DNA of 64,000 bases, taken from Bugula neritina. Its lineage: Eukaryota > Animalia > Bryozoa. The position numbers and the translations under genes are program-made. Shown in pieces: positions 35,501 through 49,219 of this stretch (the first letter of the stretch is position 1; every line of letters begins with the position of its first letter). Location: NCBI GenBank assembly GCA_964035545.1, contig OZ037770.1, forward strand, positions 15,428,642 through 15,492,641, read 5' to 3'. Under the pieces are notes generated by a model that was given only the letters and a program-made list of their open reading frames with translations, was not told where the DNA came from and made no database searches.

Positions 35501-37704
35501 CAAGAAAATGTGAGGGCAACTCCAACTCCTCTATAGTAAGTGAGTGGTTATCATAAAATGAGGAAAGTTGGGTTTAGAAATCTAGAAGTTAATAGATAAC
35601 TCAAGAGTGTGTGCAGAGAATCAAAAGAGAGACAGTAGCAAACGGCTTAGTAGAAGAGTAATAACTAGTGACTGTTAACTAGTGAGTGATAACTAGTGAC
35701 TGATAACTAGTGACTGTTAACTAGTGACTGTTAACTAGTGACTCATTACCAAAGGTGTAATATGCAGCTTCAAATGTCTGCTGCGCTGCTGCTTTTCAAC
35801 AACCTGAGAGGAAATATGATCAAATAAAAAAGGTAGGGAAAAGTCACATGGGCAGGTCACATGACCAAGTCACACGATCAAGTCACATGGAGAAGTTAAA
35901 GGAGACACACCATGTGGATAGTTCAAACTAGAAAACTGGAAAGTAATGAAAATGAATTAGCGACCCCACTTAAGAGTAGAGTGATGACATCACGAGGGAG
36001 TAAAGTGATGACATCACAAGAGAGTAAAGTGATGACATCACGAGGGACTTACAAACCTCAGAAGACGCCGTGGACTCTGTAAAAGGGTTACTTCTGGTGC
36101 CAGACTCCTGAGAGCTCACCCCTTTAATTAGAATAAACAATGACTTGAAGTTACCAACTCTTTGAATATGAAGACAGAAGTTTATTCAACTAGAGTCTGG
36201 ACACATGTAAGTAATTGAAATGATACAAGAAAAGTAGATGAAGCAGTGCATTCTTATGTCACTACTTTGAATATGCATCCCATCAGCTGGACTATATCGC
36301 TATGTAAGGGGCATACAACTCCAAACTATCAGCATATAACTATACAATCAGCAGTTGGTACTTATCCACCCCTGCATGGCCCCCTCTAATGTGATATTAC
36401 CATAGCCCAGGTTTCTAGAATTATAACCGTTAGCACAGAACAGAACTAAAGCTACAACAATATGGTAGAGGGGAGGGGGGAGAGTGACAACGTACCGTTA
36501 CTGAAAGGGGCAGCGGACCTCCTGATGGATGACCTCACAACAGCGCTGCCGTAGGCGGAGCTCATGTCATGTTTATACTTCTCATCCAGCTTCTCATAGA
36601 ACCAGTCGCCGGCCACCGCAGGTAACAATCTACAACAGTGAATGTATACCTGCATGTCTCTCAGACTACACGGGGCTGAGTGTTACTCAGACTATCTTCT
36701 ATCAACAGGTGCTACTTAGTGCGTACCATGACTGGCAGCATTATAATGCTGCCAGTCATGGTACAAGAGGAATGTATTTCTATTGTTAGTAATAAAATGT
36801 ATCATAATGTGACATCTCAGTGTAGGAATTTTCTCTAGAATGTTCTATAGAATGTGAGAGTAAAATAGTGAAATACTGGTAAATGTGTGTCATTGGTTTC
36901 ATAACTAGTAACTCTACACTATAACTAGTAACTCTACACTGTAACTAGTAACTCTACTCTGTAACTAGTAACTCTACTCTGTAACTAGTAACTCCACACT
37001 GTAACTAGTAACTCTACACTGTAACTAGTAACTCTACACTATAACTAGTAACTCTACTCTATAACTAGTAACTCTACACTATAACTAGTAACTCTACACA
37101 GTAACCAACAAGTATAGAGATGGAGCCAAGGCTAACCTTTGCTTGTAGCAGAGGCTACAGAGCCAGGAGAAGGCGGATGACTCGCTACACGTCACCCTAC
37201 AGTTGGGACACACCCGGTGCTTGCACTTCGCACACAACTCCCCCTTGTTGAATATTAGCCCGAGCTCCTTGTGGCATCTGGCACATTGTCGGCGCTTCTG
37301 CTCAGTGTCCACACGGATGGCTGACTGCTGTCTCAGCTGACTGATTTCATTCTTCAAGGCTCTGTGATGAAACAAAACGCTGCCAGTCAAACCAAATATA
37401 TGATTTATAAAGATAGGCAGCTACCTTTTGCCCACTTTCTCTTTTTCTTTTAGTAGTTAACAAAATCCAACATCTAAATGGAATACAATTTCCATTTGCA
37501 CACAGATATTATAATGGCATAACAATATCTCACGGCTAAACTTCTACCAGCTAACGTAGCACAAGACCCAAACGTCAGAAAATAAACCCACTTTTTACGG
37601 TTCTGTTCAGCTTGGCGGAGTTCCTCGTCTCTCTTCAGCACGGCGAGTATCGTCTGCCGCTCTTCTATCGACAGGAAACTCAGGTCAAGGTCAAAGTCAA
37701 CCAT
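23575..37704 (-). CDS. Synaptotagmin-like protein (Slp/SYTL4-5, granuphilin-type Rab27 effector), ~19 coding exons
   Basis: Exons 37592-37704, 37137-37361, 36496-36629, 36057-36121, 35750-35803, 35176-35314, 34678-34906, 34123-34265, 32093(or 32468)-33202, 30913-31085, 30486-30662, 29236-29310, 28751-28851, 26855-26999, 26375-26500, 25989-26176, 25525-25615, 25021-25129, 23575-23762; phases consistent. SHD1 LDLSFLSIEERQTILAVLKRDEELR, 8-Cys zinc finger, SHD2 GDWFY, tandem C2A/C2B, C-terminal WMDAS..FWERM..P..W. Linker exons are less certain than domain exons. Confidence 0.92.
24729..24862. repeat. 24-bp minisatellite (catgagttcctatacttattatag), ~5.5 copies
   Basis: Directly visible tandem units. 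Confidence 0.9.
25150..25462. repeat. 14-bp minisatellite (tacttactatacag)n
   Basis: About 20 tandem copies next to the SYTL acceptor at 25130-25131. Confidence 0.92.
26525..26850. repeat. 17-bp minisatellite (tagtcactgtgagtaca)n filling a SYTL intron
   Basis: Occupies nearly all of intron 26501-26854. Confidence 0.92.
29855..30472. repeat. 26-bp minisatellite (tatactcagtagttatacgtctgcta)n
   Basis: Starts ~12 bp after the SYTL donor at 30485; more than 20 copies with variants. Confidence 0.93.
31405..32042. repeat. 26-bp minisatellite (ctagtgatgacacaatatacttctag)n
   Basis: About 24 copies starting ~50 bp after the candidate donor at 32092. Confidence 0.93.
36723..36764. repeat. Perfect 42-bp palindrome
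   Basis: gtaccatgactggcagcatta|taatgctgccagtcatggtac, no spacer and no mismatch. Confidence 0.95.
36900..37100. repeat. 20-bp minisatellite (taactagtaactctacact[a/g])n
   Basis: About 10 copies beginning ~35 bp after the donor at 37136. Confidence 0.92.
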
Positions 37705-40338
37705 GACGTCTCTGAAGGTAAACAAGCATCTCTATATCAGCAAGTCATTTGAAATACTTTCAGTTAACCATGTGACTTCTAGTAATAAACAGAATCTACC
37801 AACATAAATAACACCATTAATTATTCCGAGATGGATTAGTGTGGAATCTGCAAGACAATAAATAGACTGAGTCCCATGAATATCTGTACCGGTATGGGTG
37901 GTGGCCCTACCACATCATTTATCTTACTAAATAATTCTACATGTTACCCAGAGCACAGACTATGAGTTGAGGATGAGGTAAGACTGAATCACTGAAATCT
38001 TATAGGATGTATGGATTGAGACAGTTGTGTAGATAGACTAGATGAGAAATAGCTAAGATATATACTACAACTAAGTTACATCATCAAATAACTTACTCTA
38101 ACTAGTATAATATTCTGTAAACTATACAATACATACACTGCATAGAGAAATAGAAATGACTACAAAGGTTTAGATGAGGTATAATTCGCAATCAAATAAT
38201 GTACTGCCATTCTATAGAATGTATTTTCAGAAGTACATAAACTTCTATTAGAAGTAGAGTAAATCTCAAGATGTCCAGGAATGCAAGAAGTGACAGAAAA
38301 CTTGAACTATCTTAAGTCACACTTGAAATACTTGTGTAGAAGGTAGAATAAAAAGATATCTGGTGCATATCCACAAAATTGTTCATCATTTAACCTCACA
38401 TAATGCATTCATGAAACGCTTTTGTCCCCCTATACAAAAGCCTTTCATATCTAATGGATATGTAACTTCATGTTAAGGAACAGGTGGTTGCAGGTATCTG
38501 CATGTGGTTGCAGGTGTCTGGTAAGGAGCTAAGTCTACCCTGTACCTCTACCCCTACCTTTACCAGGTACACAACTATTCTATATACCTTATCAGATTTT
38601 ACCTGACCCGCATAAGTTAGGAATAACAGCTATATTTATAGCAACATATGACTAGGTGAAGATAAGGAGGTATACGTAACATATATTATATGTTATATAT
38701 ACACTGTAATATATGACAGTGTATACTATTTTTCTATATCTACGTTATACTGGAAGCTAATATGCATGTGGTTTTACTCCCCCAGCTGAACAACTAACAT
38801 AAAAATTTGGTTAAACATAACAACATCATGTAATAACAGTATTGAATGTATAACAAAGGTTTATAATACTGAGTTTTTATTATTCATTATTCAATTTAAC
38901 TTCAACATAATCTACTATATTAGGCTAACTTGAAGAGTATTAGAAAGAATTATCTAAATTAGATAAAATACTACTGCAAGAAAAAACCGCTGTATAGCTA
39001 GCTACCTGTCATAGTTATCTGTCATAGTTACCTCTACTAGTTACTTGTACTAAATACCTGTAATAGCTATTTATAAGTCACATGTAATAGTTACCTGTAT
39101 TAGTTACCTGTAACAGTTACCTGTATTAGTTACCTGTAATAAATACCTGAAGTAAAGGGATATAAGAAGACCTCTAACAACTAATCCATACACTACCGCA
39201 GCCTGCCAACTCAAAGTACCATATGATCACTGATTCAACTCGTACCAGCAACCCTATACATACTCAATCATGTGTAAAGGCATTAAACGTGACCTGAATT
39301 CTTCTCCATGCTGAGTAGAACATAATATATAATACTTAAATAGATAGATAGAATAGATAGATGAAAGCCAGCATATTACTCCACTGAGTGCAGTCAGTAG
39401 CAGAGAAATACTTACACTTAGAGAATAGCTAGTGTCTCTTTTAGCACAAACTAGTCATATCATGGCTGTCTACTGACTCTACACCGAAAGGGTATATTAC
39501 AATATTATACGATGACTTGTTACATATCTTGTTGCATGAGTATACACATAAGGACTTGAGTAAAAGATGACCCAAGTATACCTCATTTGGGAAGAGGACA
39601 AAATGCTGAAAATTCTGCAATCAAGATGCAATGTTTACCACAGGTCAATTCCTATTATACAATGCTTCAGTCCTTTAATTAACTGCAGTATTTAGATTCT
39701 TACAAACTTTACATTTAATAGAAGATATGCATTTAATAACAGATTTAGTGCTGTTTTGTTATTGGCCCATACATGAAAACTATAATCTGACTGGAAATCA
39801 AAGGCGCTGTCGTGATGAACAATTTAATAAATGCTTTTACCCAAGCAAGAAAGGGAAAACTATTTTATAGAATATTAATTATAAGAGTAATGGCTGCACT
39901 AATGATAGTTCAACTAATAGTTTAGATAATTCAACTTATTTTTAGGGAAAAACTGATGTTCTTTAAGACAAAACAAACCAAAACAAACGAGTGAGAGTTG
40001 GTCAGCAATAAATTGACTCATAAATCACTCATCTCACACACTGCAAAACTTTGCTGCCGAACTTTGCCAGGAGGGGAGCAGAACTTGGGTATCATTTTGA
40101 GTGAGAACTCAGGACTAGTTTTACAGCACAAGACACAAGTTTGGTAATAAATTAATTAGCTGTCAGGCTGAGGTGGTTAGCCACTTGTCACGTGATGTCG
40201 GTGATGTTTTAGTATGCAGAGTATGCCGGGAGAGTATGCAGAGGAGAGTATTGAAGAAATGGTGAAACCTCTACCAGTGATTAATGAGAAGCAATTAATT
40301 AATCTATTTTCATCTACAGAAATAATATTATAATACGA

Positions 40339-40478
40339 ACAGGCTGTGAATTTAGGACACCAGAATTAAAGTTGGTTGTTAGTGTATTTTTACTAGTTTT
40401 TCACCTGCATGCATGTGAAAAACTAGTAAAAACATATAAACAACGAACTTCAATTTATGTCCCAAATTCACAGCCTGT
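40339..40478. repeat. ~140-bp foldback inverted repeat (MITE-like)
   Basis: Arms acaggctgtgaattt.ggaca...tttttactagtttttcac and gtgaaaaactagtaaaaa...tgtcccaaattcacagcctgt around a central tgcatgca; no clear TSD. Confidence 0.75.
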
Positions 40479-41869
40479 CTGACAAATAAAGCAGCTGAAT
40501 ATGACAGTAAATTCTGATGCTCTACTAGGCTGAGGGAGAGAAGAAGACGAAATACAGCTGGTAGACAACATCAAAGTGAAATACCAAGTCTAATGACCCC
40601 AATTCACTGCTTTGAGTTTCTAGCATTACAGCACAAAACCTGGTAGTTACTGAGTATAAGAACTGGTTGACTGCACATGGTAACGTATCACCAGTGGTAA
40701 AAGGGTTAAGAATACAAATGAACAATACGTTAGTTTATCATAATTCAAGACAAAATAAAATCAGACAGTGATGTTGAGAGAGAAATCTGGCAGTACAGAA
40801 TAGAGACCCTGCATGCAAACAGCAACGTGTATATGAACTAATAGAGACAAATGGACATCCTAATACTACTTATAGCTCTACACCTCTTGAGTTAGTCTGA
40901 AGGACTCCACAGCTATGAACTATGAGTGACTATGAGCTACAAATCCTTCTAAGCACTCTGGTGTTACTAACTTTAAGTAATGACCAAGCTAAGAGTAGCT
41001 GCCAATCAACTAAAACATTAGAAACGAGAAATAATATTGAATGTATACATTGCCTGAAAATGTTTGCTACGTGCATGGTAGAAGAATCCTTCTTCTTAGC
41101 CCTCCCTCCTCTGTAAGTATAAAGGAGGGAGGGCTAAAAAAGAGGGAAGAGCTAAACTTGCCCTCAATTTAGTTAAAGTATCCACTACCACAAATCATGT
41201 TAAATAGGTTTTTTCAATTTCAATCTGATAACCAAATTGTGTAGAAACAGAGTCATGAAGTATGTATATGAAATACTGTAATAGAAGAATCCCCATAGCA
41301 TTAGCATTTAGAAATATATAAGCTAATAGATAATAATTGCAGGATAAAGTTTTTCATTTAAATCTCCCAGATTGATTGACAAGTAATACGAAAAGAAGAG
41401 TCAAAGTTGCGAGCAAACCTAAACCCAAATTAAAAGAGGGTGAAAGTAAATATATAAAATAATTCATCTGACAAAGACGTTAATAAACCTTCTTCAAAAG
41501 TTGAAACAAACTATTATATTAACTAAGAACTCAACTTCCATTGGTGCAACACTAATACTAATAGTAATTCTAAACAATCAAACAGCACATTATAGAAAAT
41601 TAAACTAAATCAAAATGTTAACAATTACTTAAACTTGCTGGAATACACTAACTTACAGTCTACTAGAAAAGCAGGACTGTATAGAGTCGAAAATTACTAA
41701 ACACATTTAGTCTTACAGCTACATATACTCATTTAGCATCAGTTTTAATTTCACAGTGCAAGTACGAGTACAAGAATCAGAATGAGTATGACTATGAAGG
41801 TTACACATATCAAATTATATTCATACGTTCAATATTACTATAATTATATAGCGAATGACTTATGAGTTA

Positions 41870-42630
41870 TTCTAATAGTAATACTAATAGTAATACTTAT
41901 GAGCAATACTAATAATAATACTAATACTAATACTATTAGTATTACTATTAGTAATATTATTACTATTAGTATTAGTATTATTAATAGCCTAAGGCTAAGC
42001 CTAATCTAACAGCTATAGTAATAATCACACTGGTATTGATGGTCAAACTTATAGTAACAGTTGAAGCTATTGTTATGGTAATACTAATAATATTAATTAA
42101 AGTATTACTATTAGTATTAGTATTAATATTAGTATTACTATTAGCAAGGGTATTCAAATAGTTAATTCATGTGTTTCAGTAGTTGTAAATTTTGACTAAT
42201 TTAAAAAGTATCACTGTAAAAATCACTATAAGTAAGTAAATGTAATGCTAATTACTAATTAGTAATAGTAATACTAATAGTTATAGTAATATAAATATTA
42301 TTACTAATAGTAATACTAATAGTAATACTAATACTAATACTATAATAATACTTATAGTTATACTAATAGTATTACTGTGATAGTAATTAGTATTAGTATT
42401 ACTATGAGTAATACTATTAGTATTAGATTTACTTTTAGTATTAATAATTATAATACTAATACTAATACTAATACTAATAGTAATAGTAAATGTAATAATC
42501 ATCATAATGACTAATGAGTAATGTAATGTATGACTATTATTATTAGTATTAGTATCACTATTACTATTAGTATTACTATAACTATTACTAGTAGTACTAG
42601 TATTACTATTACTATTACTATTAGTATTAC
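41870..42630. repeat. (TACTAA/TAGTAA)n low-complexity hexamer tracts
   Basis: Degenerate hexamer repeats in both orientations; similar tracts at ~49800-49990, ~55400-55590 and ~61000-61120. Confidence 0.8.
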
Positions 42631-43769
42631 ACTGAGTCTGACCTAGTGACCAATCCTGACAATCCAGTAATTGCAAAATCAAAATTTAACACTTATTCCC
42701 AAGCTGATGATTACTAAGTTCAATAACTCTTACCTTAATCACTTTATTTATTCAGATATTAGTCTTCAACTCCGTAGGCAGCTCCACATAATGAAAATAA
42801 TATTATTGTGACATGAATAATCATAATCATAATGCGAATGTCAATGTCAATGTGTTAAGAAATTGACACAGATTCCCCACCTGTTGATTGTTTTTGCTTC
42901 CAGTTTATTAGCAGAACATGGTTTGATATTGTCGGGTTGTTAGAATGCAGTCCCACAACTATTTTTTTACACATCTGAGGTTTTTAGTTTATAGATCTTG
43001 ACGTAGAGCCCAAATATTGTTCGATAATACGCCACATACTTGGAGCCGATATTACATTACTAAGCGGACTGCGAATTGTTCAAAACCAAGGTAGGAAAAC
43101 TCTTTAATAACGTACTTTTTTATTTCATTTGTATTCAGAGTCGAAAAACTGAGTATAATATTAGTTATTATTACAAAATAAAATTGTGTTATTTCCTTTC
43201 AGTGAAGTTATGCTAATTAGGTGAACATGTATTCACAGATTTAACTGAAAAACTTATTCTAATCACCTATTCAAAATACTTATACTATCAAAATTTTAAC
43301 TTTTATTGTCTCAGGACAGCATATATAAGAGAGAAGGCAACAATCAATTTGAGTTTATTGGATTTTTATTTAAGACACTATCAACATCGTACTATAGAGT
43401 GTATTGGACAACTACATATAGAAATTGGGCAGAATCATTCACAAGAAAACTGCAAAAAAAAACTATTTACAAGGAAAAACCTAAATCTGGCAACAAAATG
43501 AAGCAAAATTAAACTCTAGGACTCTAGTCAGTGATAATAAGTGTGATCAACTAGTTAGATGATTGTTTATGTAAGCACCAGTTACAGTGTTTGTACAATC
43601 TAGAATTATTGCTTTATTGTATAACAGGGAATAAACTATTTAAAGGGGGGGGGGAACTCCAGAAGGAGTGAGGAATTACTGATCAACTCATAGTCCTATG
43701 ATACAGTGTATATGCTACAGGTATTGCTACATATGAGTCAGTGCTTGGCAGCATAGCAGAGAGAGCAGA

Positions 43770-46700
43770 CTACTCCCTATGTCTATCACTATGTGGAGTC
43801 AGAGTGTAGACTGTGAGCTCATAGGTCAACAGGATAAGGGCGGTGTTGGGTACGGCCCTCAACAGTTGAGCAGACAGTCCACCGTAGAGACCACGCCATC
43901 CACTCTCTACCACCACTCTGGAGAGAGTCTGCCAGAACCTTCTATACTTGTCTCCCTCCTCTCTCATTCTGGTCCTGGCAACCTCTACAGTACAGAGAAT
44001 TATGTGAGATGATAACTCCCACTATGTGAAATATCCAAATCATTATTGAGTCAATAAAAATGATGAATAAGAAAGGCAATGTGGTCAACTGCTGAAGTTG
44101 GATGCAAGTCAATCTATATCATTATAAAATAATAAAATGCATCCAAAAATTATTGAATATAGAGAAAACTTTATTTCAAATTTTAAACGTTGGTACAAGT
44201 TCTAACCATGAGTTGAAAAGAAACCACAGAGGTACTACACACACAACTGTAATACACATAGATGTCACGTATAGCTGTCACACACAACTGTCACACATAA
44301 CTGCCACACATAGTTGTGGGTGGGTAGAAACTGAGCTCATGCTGGGGACACAGGAGTTGTGTTTCCACAAGTGATTGATAGTTCGAGTTCATCGATGTGA
44401 CAACTCCAGTAACCAATGCAAATAATATTTTTAGAACTATTTCTTCGTTACAGCAATAATTGATAGTATACAGTCAGCATATAGTCAGTATACAGGCAGC
44501 ATAGAACAAACAGCAGCAGCTATAGTAGTAATAGTAGTAAAACAACCCTGGATGTTATCATGGCCTGCAGGGCTGGTGTTAGTTCATAACAATAACATGT
44601 TTACAGTACTTGGTGCGTGTCAGATAGTGAATGCTATGTAATAGTATATTATATAGAGTATAGATTATAGAGTATAGAGTATTCATATTTCTCTCACCAC
44701 TAGTGTTCACTATACTGTATTCAAAGCTGTGCACTTTATTACAGAGTCCCCCCTCCCCCCTATGTAATATATCACAGATTACCCCCTCCCCCTTATGTAA
44801 TATATTACTGAGTCCCCCCTTTCTGAATTGTACTGCATATTTCGACGAAACCTTAAAATTCACATCAACACAAACAATGTTACTGAAGCTGCCAGAAATA
44901 GCTGCCAGAAATAGCTGCCAGAAATAGCTGCCAGAAATAGCTGCCAGAAATAGCTGCCAGAAGTAGCTGCCAGAAGTAGCTGCCAGAATTAGAGCCTCAC
45001 CGTGAGGATAGAAGGTGATGCACGCCAGGGTCTTGCTCATCCCCCCTGCTATCATAAACTCTGCAAAGTCCAGGGGGGACTTGTCGCTCTCCACCCCTAC
45101 GCCCCTAGCGTTGACACTGCGAGAGAGAATCTTCTCCTTCAACTTCTCGTAGATAACGAAATGCAGGACCGTCTCGGAGATACCCATGTAGGAGGCTGTG
45201 AGACCCTTGTAGAACCCCTTCACCCCCTCCTTCCTGTATACACTCCTCACACACTTGGTAATAGTTAGTTTCCCATCTCCTTTCCTGTAACATAAAGAGC
45301 ATTAAATAGCCACAAGACCTGCTCAATCCTACCTACTTGGTACTGGGGCTATATGTCTCACCTACTTGGCACTGAGGCTATATGTTACCATGCTTACCCA
45401 GGAGCTGTAATAACTTTTTATTATGAAACTGGGCCCACTGAGCCCGTATACCAGGATAGTTGTTCAAATATTTGCCATTGCCTGGTAGACTGCCGGTTGT
45501 ATAACTCTATTACCGTCATATCTACTTGGCCTAGTGCCAATGTTTACCCCCAGCGAACTCAATGAATATAGATAATGGTTACTACTACTATTAGCACTAC
45601 GTACTACTAACTACTATAAGTTATCATCAGTACTAGTACTACTACCAGTTATCAGTACTACAACTACTACTACTACTAGTAGTAGTAGTAGTAGAAGTAG
45701 TAACTAATAGTACTAGTACTACTACCAGTTACTATCACTACTACTACTGCTAGTACTAAGGTCGAGTTGGCACTCAGTCAGGGGTGAGATGCCTTGAAGC
45801 TAGCTAACCTAACTCAACATTCTCGAGGTTGCAGATTTTGGCAGCTCTATTCAAGAATAACTCTCAATATTATTTGCTATTAATTGTTGCTTGCATAACT
45901 GCAATGGATCACGCATCGAGGGCATGATACGAGTTTGTTATTAATTGGCACTGCTCACTCTATTCAAAGGAAAACATTGCTGTATTGTTGAAAGGTATTG
46001 GCTTGTAATGAATAACTGAAGCAGTAAGTATAGCTGATGGAATATTTATACTCTCGAATATTCCCAGTGTTTAGTAACTCTAGTGTCAACATGATGTCTA
46101 CAAACACGTGTTGTGGACACTGACTGCACTTCACTATAGCAAGAAAAGTAAATTTCTCTTCTTCTAACAGTTGCTACTTGTCCCACCTAGTTAGTTTCAA
46201 GTAACTTTACTGTATTTATACACATAGTCCTACAATATTGTACATAGCTTAGTGGGTGATATAACAATCTTGAGAAATAACACACGTGTACAAAGTACCC
46301 CTAGCACACTCTACAACACCCCTAGTAACCCCTGAAACACCCCTGGAGATTTTAGCATCCCTTGCTGAACTGGGAATCCCTCAATGAAGTGATGAAAGTA
46401 ACTAAATAACTGTATTCTATCAAAGGGAAGCTGTACAAACACAATACCGCGCAAATGTCTGAATTTTAGACATGGTACCTAAGAGTTACAACATTGGAGA
46501 AAGCAGCATAAGTTCAGCTAACAACTAATAAAATAACTCAAGACAGCAGCTAAGGTCAGCAGTTCAACTGTGCTGATTCTTTCAGACTGCAGAGATGACT
46601 TCCCCATCAACATTAGAGCTGGAGTGAATAACCTTTCCAGTGAAGCATGGAAATACCAGACATTGAGACTCAATGACAGCATAACAATAACATGTAGAAT

Positions 46701-49219
46701 ATTGAGTAACAATAACTGAGAACTTTATAATAGATGAGCTAATGGAATACTGGTATTCATCAGCTATGCACACTGTCAATGACCTCCCAATGTACCAACA
46801 AGAAATATTTAGATATCATTTTGTCTCATTAACAATTTTCCAATTTTAGCTTTCGGAGACTAGGAATACCGCCCCAACCTCCGTGACAAGAACCCTAGCT
46901 AAGACCGGAACTTACGTTTGGTCAAGTTGCAGTCTCGTCTTGACGAACCAGATGGGGTTAGTCACGGTGGAGCAGATGAAACCCGCAGTGCCGGCTGAGA
47001 GGAGATGGACCAATGAGCTGCTAGATGACAGGTGGACGGACCTGGAGTAGAGATCCTTGCTGGTGGCGTACGCCGCGAAGTATATGGCTCTGCAACCGTA
47101 CAGTGTGTTGGTTAGGGAGAGATGACTATGAAGTTAACTATAGCATTGATTACATGTATGGCCATTTGTTATCAAAGTGAGATGATCTGCCGGAAAGCAG
47201 AGATGCATTGTGGGATACACACCTGGATGGAGTGACACCAATGAGGTTAGAACCCAGACCTCTGTACCATCCGGCAACTCCCTCTGTTCTGTAGATGTGC
47301 CTACAAAGTAGCAATACTACTATTACATGTGCCTACTAAGTAGCAATACTACTATTACATGTGCCTACAAAGTAGTAATACTACTATTACATGTGCCCAC
47401 AGCACACTCTACAGTCATCTTACTTAGTAAATCTGAATGTTGCTTTTATCGTCTCTCATTAAATTCATTTACATACTCAAAACATTGCCCATTATTTTGT
47501 GGCATGACAGATGGAAAATGCTAATCAACTAAATTGATTGTATGGGCTATGAATTGATAGTCTAAGTTCAGGACTGTCTACTTGTCAGACTAAACTGTAT
47601 AACTAGGTGAAGGTAGAGCTGGCAATATTTGGTATTTAGTAGAGTAAATAATCTTGATCATTAGCTGCACACAAAATGTATAATAAATTCAACAGACTTC
47701 AACTAATGTATAGATTATATGGTATATAGTTTATATTATAGAGTGTAGAGTATAGAGTATAGTTTATAGTAAATATTATGATTATTGATGAAGTTAAGAT
47801 AACTAATAACATATTCAACAAGTATTGTTAACTTTACCAGATAAATATCTCTATGCAGATTGCAGAGCGTGTTGTTATAGACTAGAGTAAACAGGGGTGG
47901 AGGGACTTGAAACAACCTTACCTGAGACACTGTAGTATAGTGAGGGGGTATACTACACTCCTTACCTGAGACACTGTAGTAGAGTGAGGGGGTACACTAC
48001 ACTCCTTACCTAAGACACTGTAGTATAGTGAGGGGGTAGGTACACTACACTCCTTACCTGAGACACTGTAGTAGAGTGAGGGGGTACACTACACTCCTTA
48101 CCTGAGACACTGTAGTAGAGTGAGGGGGTAGGTACACTACACTCCTTACCTGAGACACTGTAGTAGAGTGAGGGGGTACACTACACTCCTTACCTGAGAC
48201 ACTGTAGTATAGTGAGGGGGTACACTACACTCCTTACCTGAGACACTGTAGTATAGTGAGGGGGTAGGTACACTACACTCCTTACCTGAGACACTGTAGT
48301 AGAGTGAGACGGTGGAGGGGTGTAGACTGAGATGCAAGAGGTCCGGTGCTATAGTTGCTCACATTTAGTCGAGTGGCGAAGAAGACCTTCCTGTTGGGGT
48401 TGATAGGGCGCCCTGTGTTGGGGCACACTAACGGGGAGGACAACTTCTTCATCGACTCCGATTTCCAACTGGCGCAGCTTGACTGGAGGCGTGTCTTAAC
48501 CACATCCAGGGGGGAGGTGACTATAGCACCAACTGTACCACCAACTCTACACACAACACACAATACTGTGAAGCCCTAGATCTATACATAACCTCTACAG
48601 TAGGATTGTAGTTTAGGTTCATAGAAACAGACCTTTTTAACTCTACAGATTTTCCACTCCCAACTCTGATCATTACAGCACCTTAGATTTACAGCATACT
48701 AGCATAGAGACCGGGTGTATCAACTGAATAGTTTACTGCGTCACAATTTTACAACATTTGATATTTTTAGATAGTAGAATCACTTCAACCATAAGCAAAC
48801 CAGTGAGTCTGAAGCACTTTAATAATACAGGAAGCATCCTTCTAACACTAAACTAGAATGAGTTGTTTGCTAGATAGACATAGATTTAGGTCTATTTAGT
48901 GGCAAACCTAAAAGACTGGTGATCAGTGAGTAAAGAGTACTGGCTAACACTATAGCTATATTCTAGAATACACGTATACACCTGTACAGTTTGTTAACCT
49001 AAAGACTGTACACATTGAATTGAATAGAAATAGAAAGGAACTTGACACTGTGGAAAAAGCTTGTTATTATTTGTATTCAATGGTAAAATCCCCACAAAAT
49101 TTGTGTGATTTTCACTTCACAGAAGCAATTTGGCAAGAAACTAAATATTGGGAGGTATTGGAGGCGTACCCTCCGGCAACCAGGTGAATCACTGGGTTCA
49201 CTTCTTCCTTCGCTGCCAT
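43770..49219 (-). CDS. Mitochondrial pyrimidine-nucleotide carrier, SLC25A33/SLC25A36 (Rim2) family, 6 coding exons, ~353 aa
   Basis: Exons 49170-49219, 48286-48546, 47223-47300, 46916-47089, 45001-45284, 43770-43984; phase-consistent. Carrier signatures [33 protein letters not shown]; family-typical [36 protein letters not shown]. Confidence 0.93.
44886..44987. repeat. 13-bp minisatellite (agctgccagaa[a/g]t)n
   Basis: About 8 copies starting ~12 bp after the donor at 45000. Confidence 0.9.
47295..47397. repeat. 32-bp repeat containing the SLC25 exon-3 splice acceptor, ~3 copies
   Basis: Unit atgtgcctacaaagtagcaatactactattac; on the minus strand each unit reads ...gtag|gcacat. Confidence 0.85.
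47916..48307. repeat. 43/47-bp minisatellite containing the SLC25 exon-2 splice donor, 9 copies
   Basis: Unit ccttacctgagacactgtagta[g/t]agtgaggggg(tagg)tacactacact; minus strand ...gtctcag|gtaagg. Confidence 0.92.

Noticed and set aside
36053-36056. gtaag donor 4 nt downstream of the chosen SYTL exon-4 donor
   Set aside because: Gives phase 1 and a stop early in the next exon; the gtttgt donor keeps the frame, though skipping of exons could make it usable.
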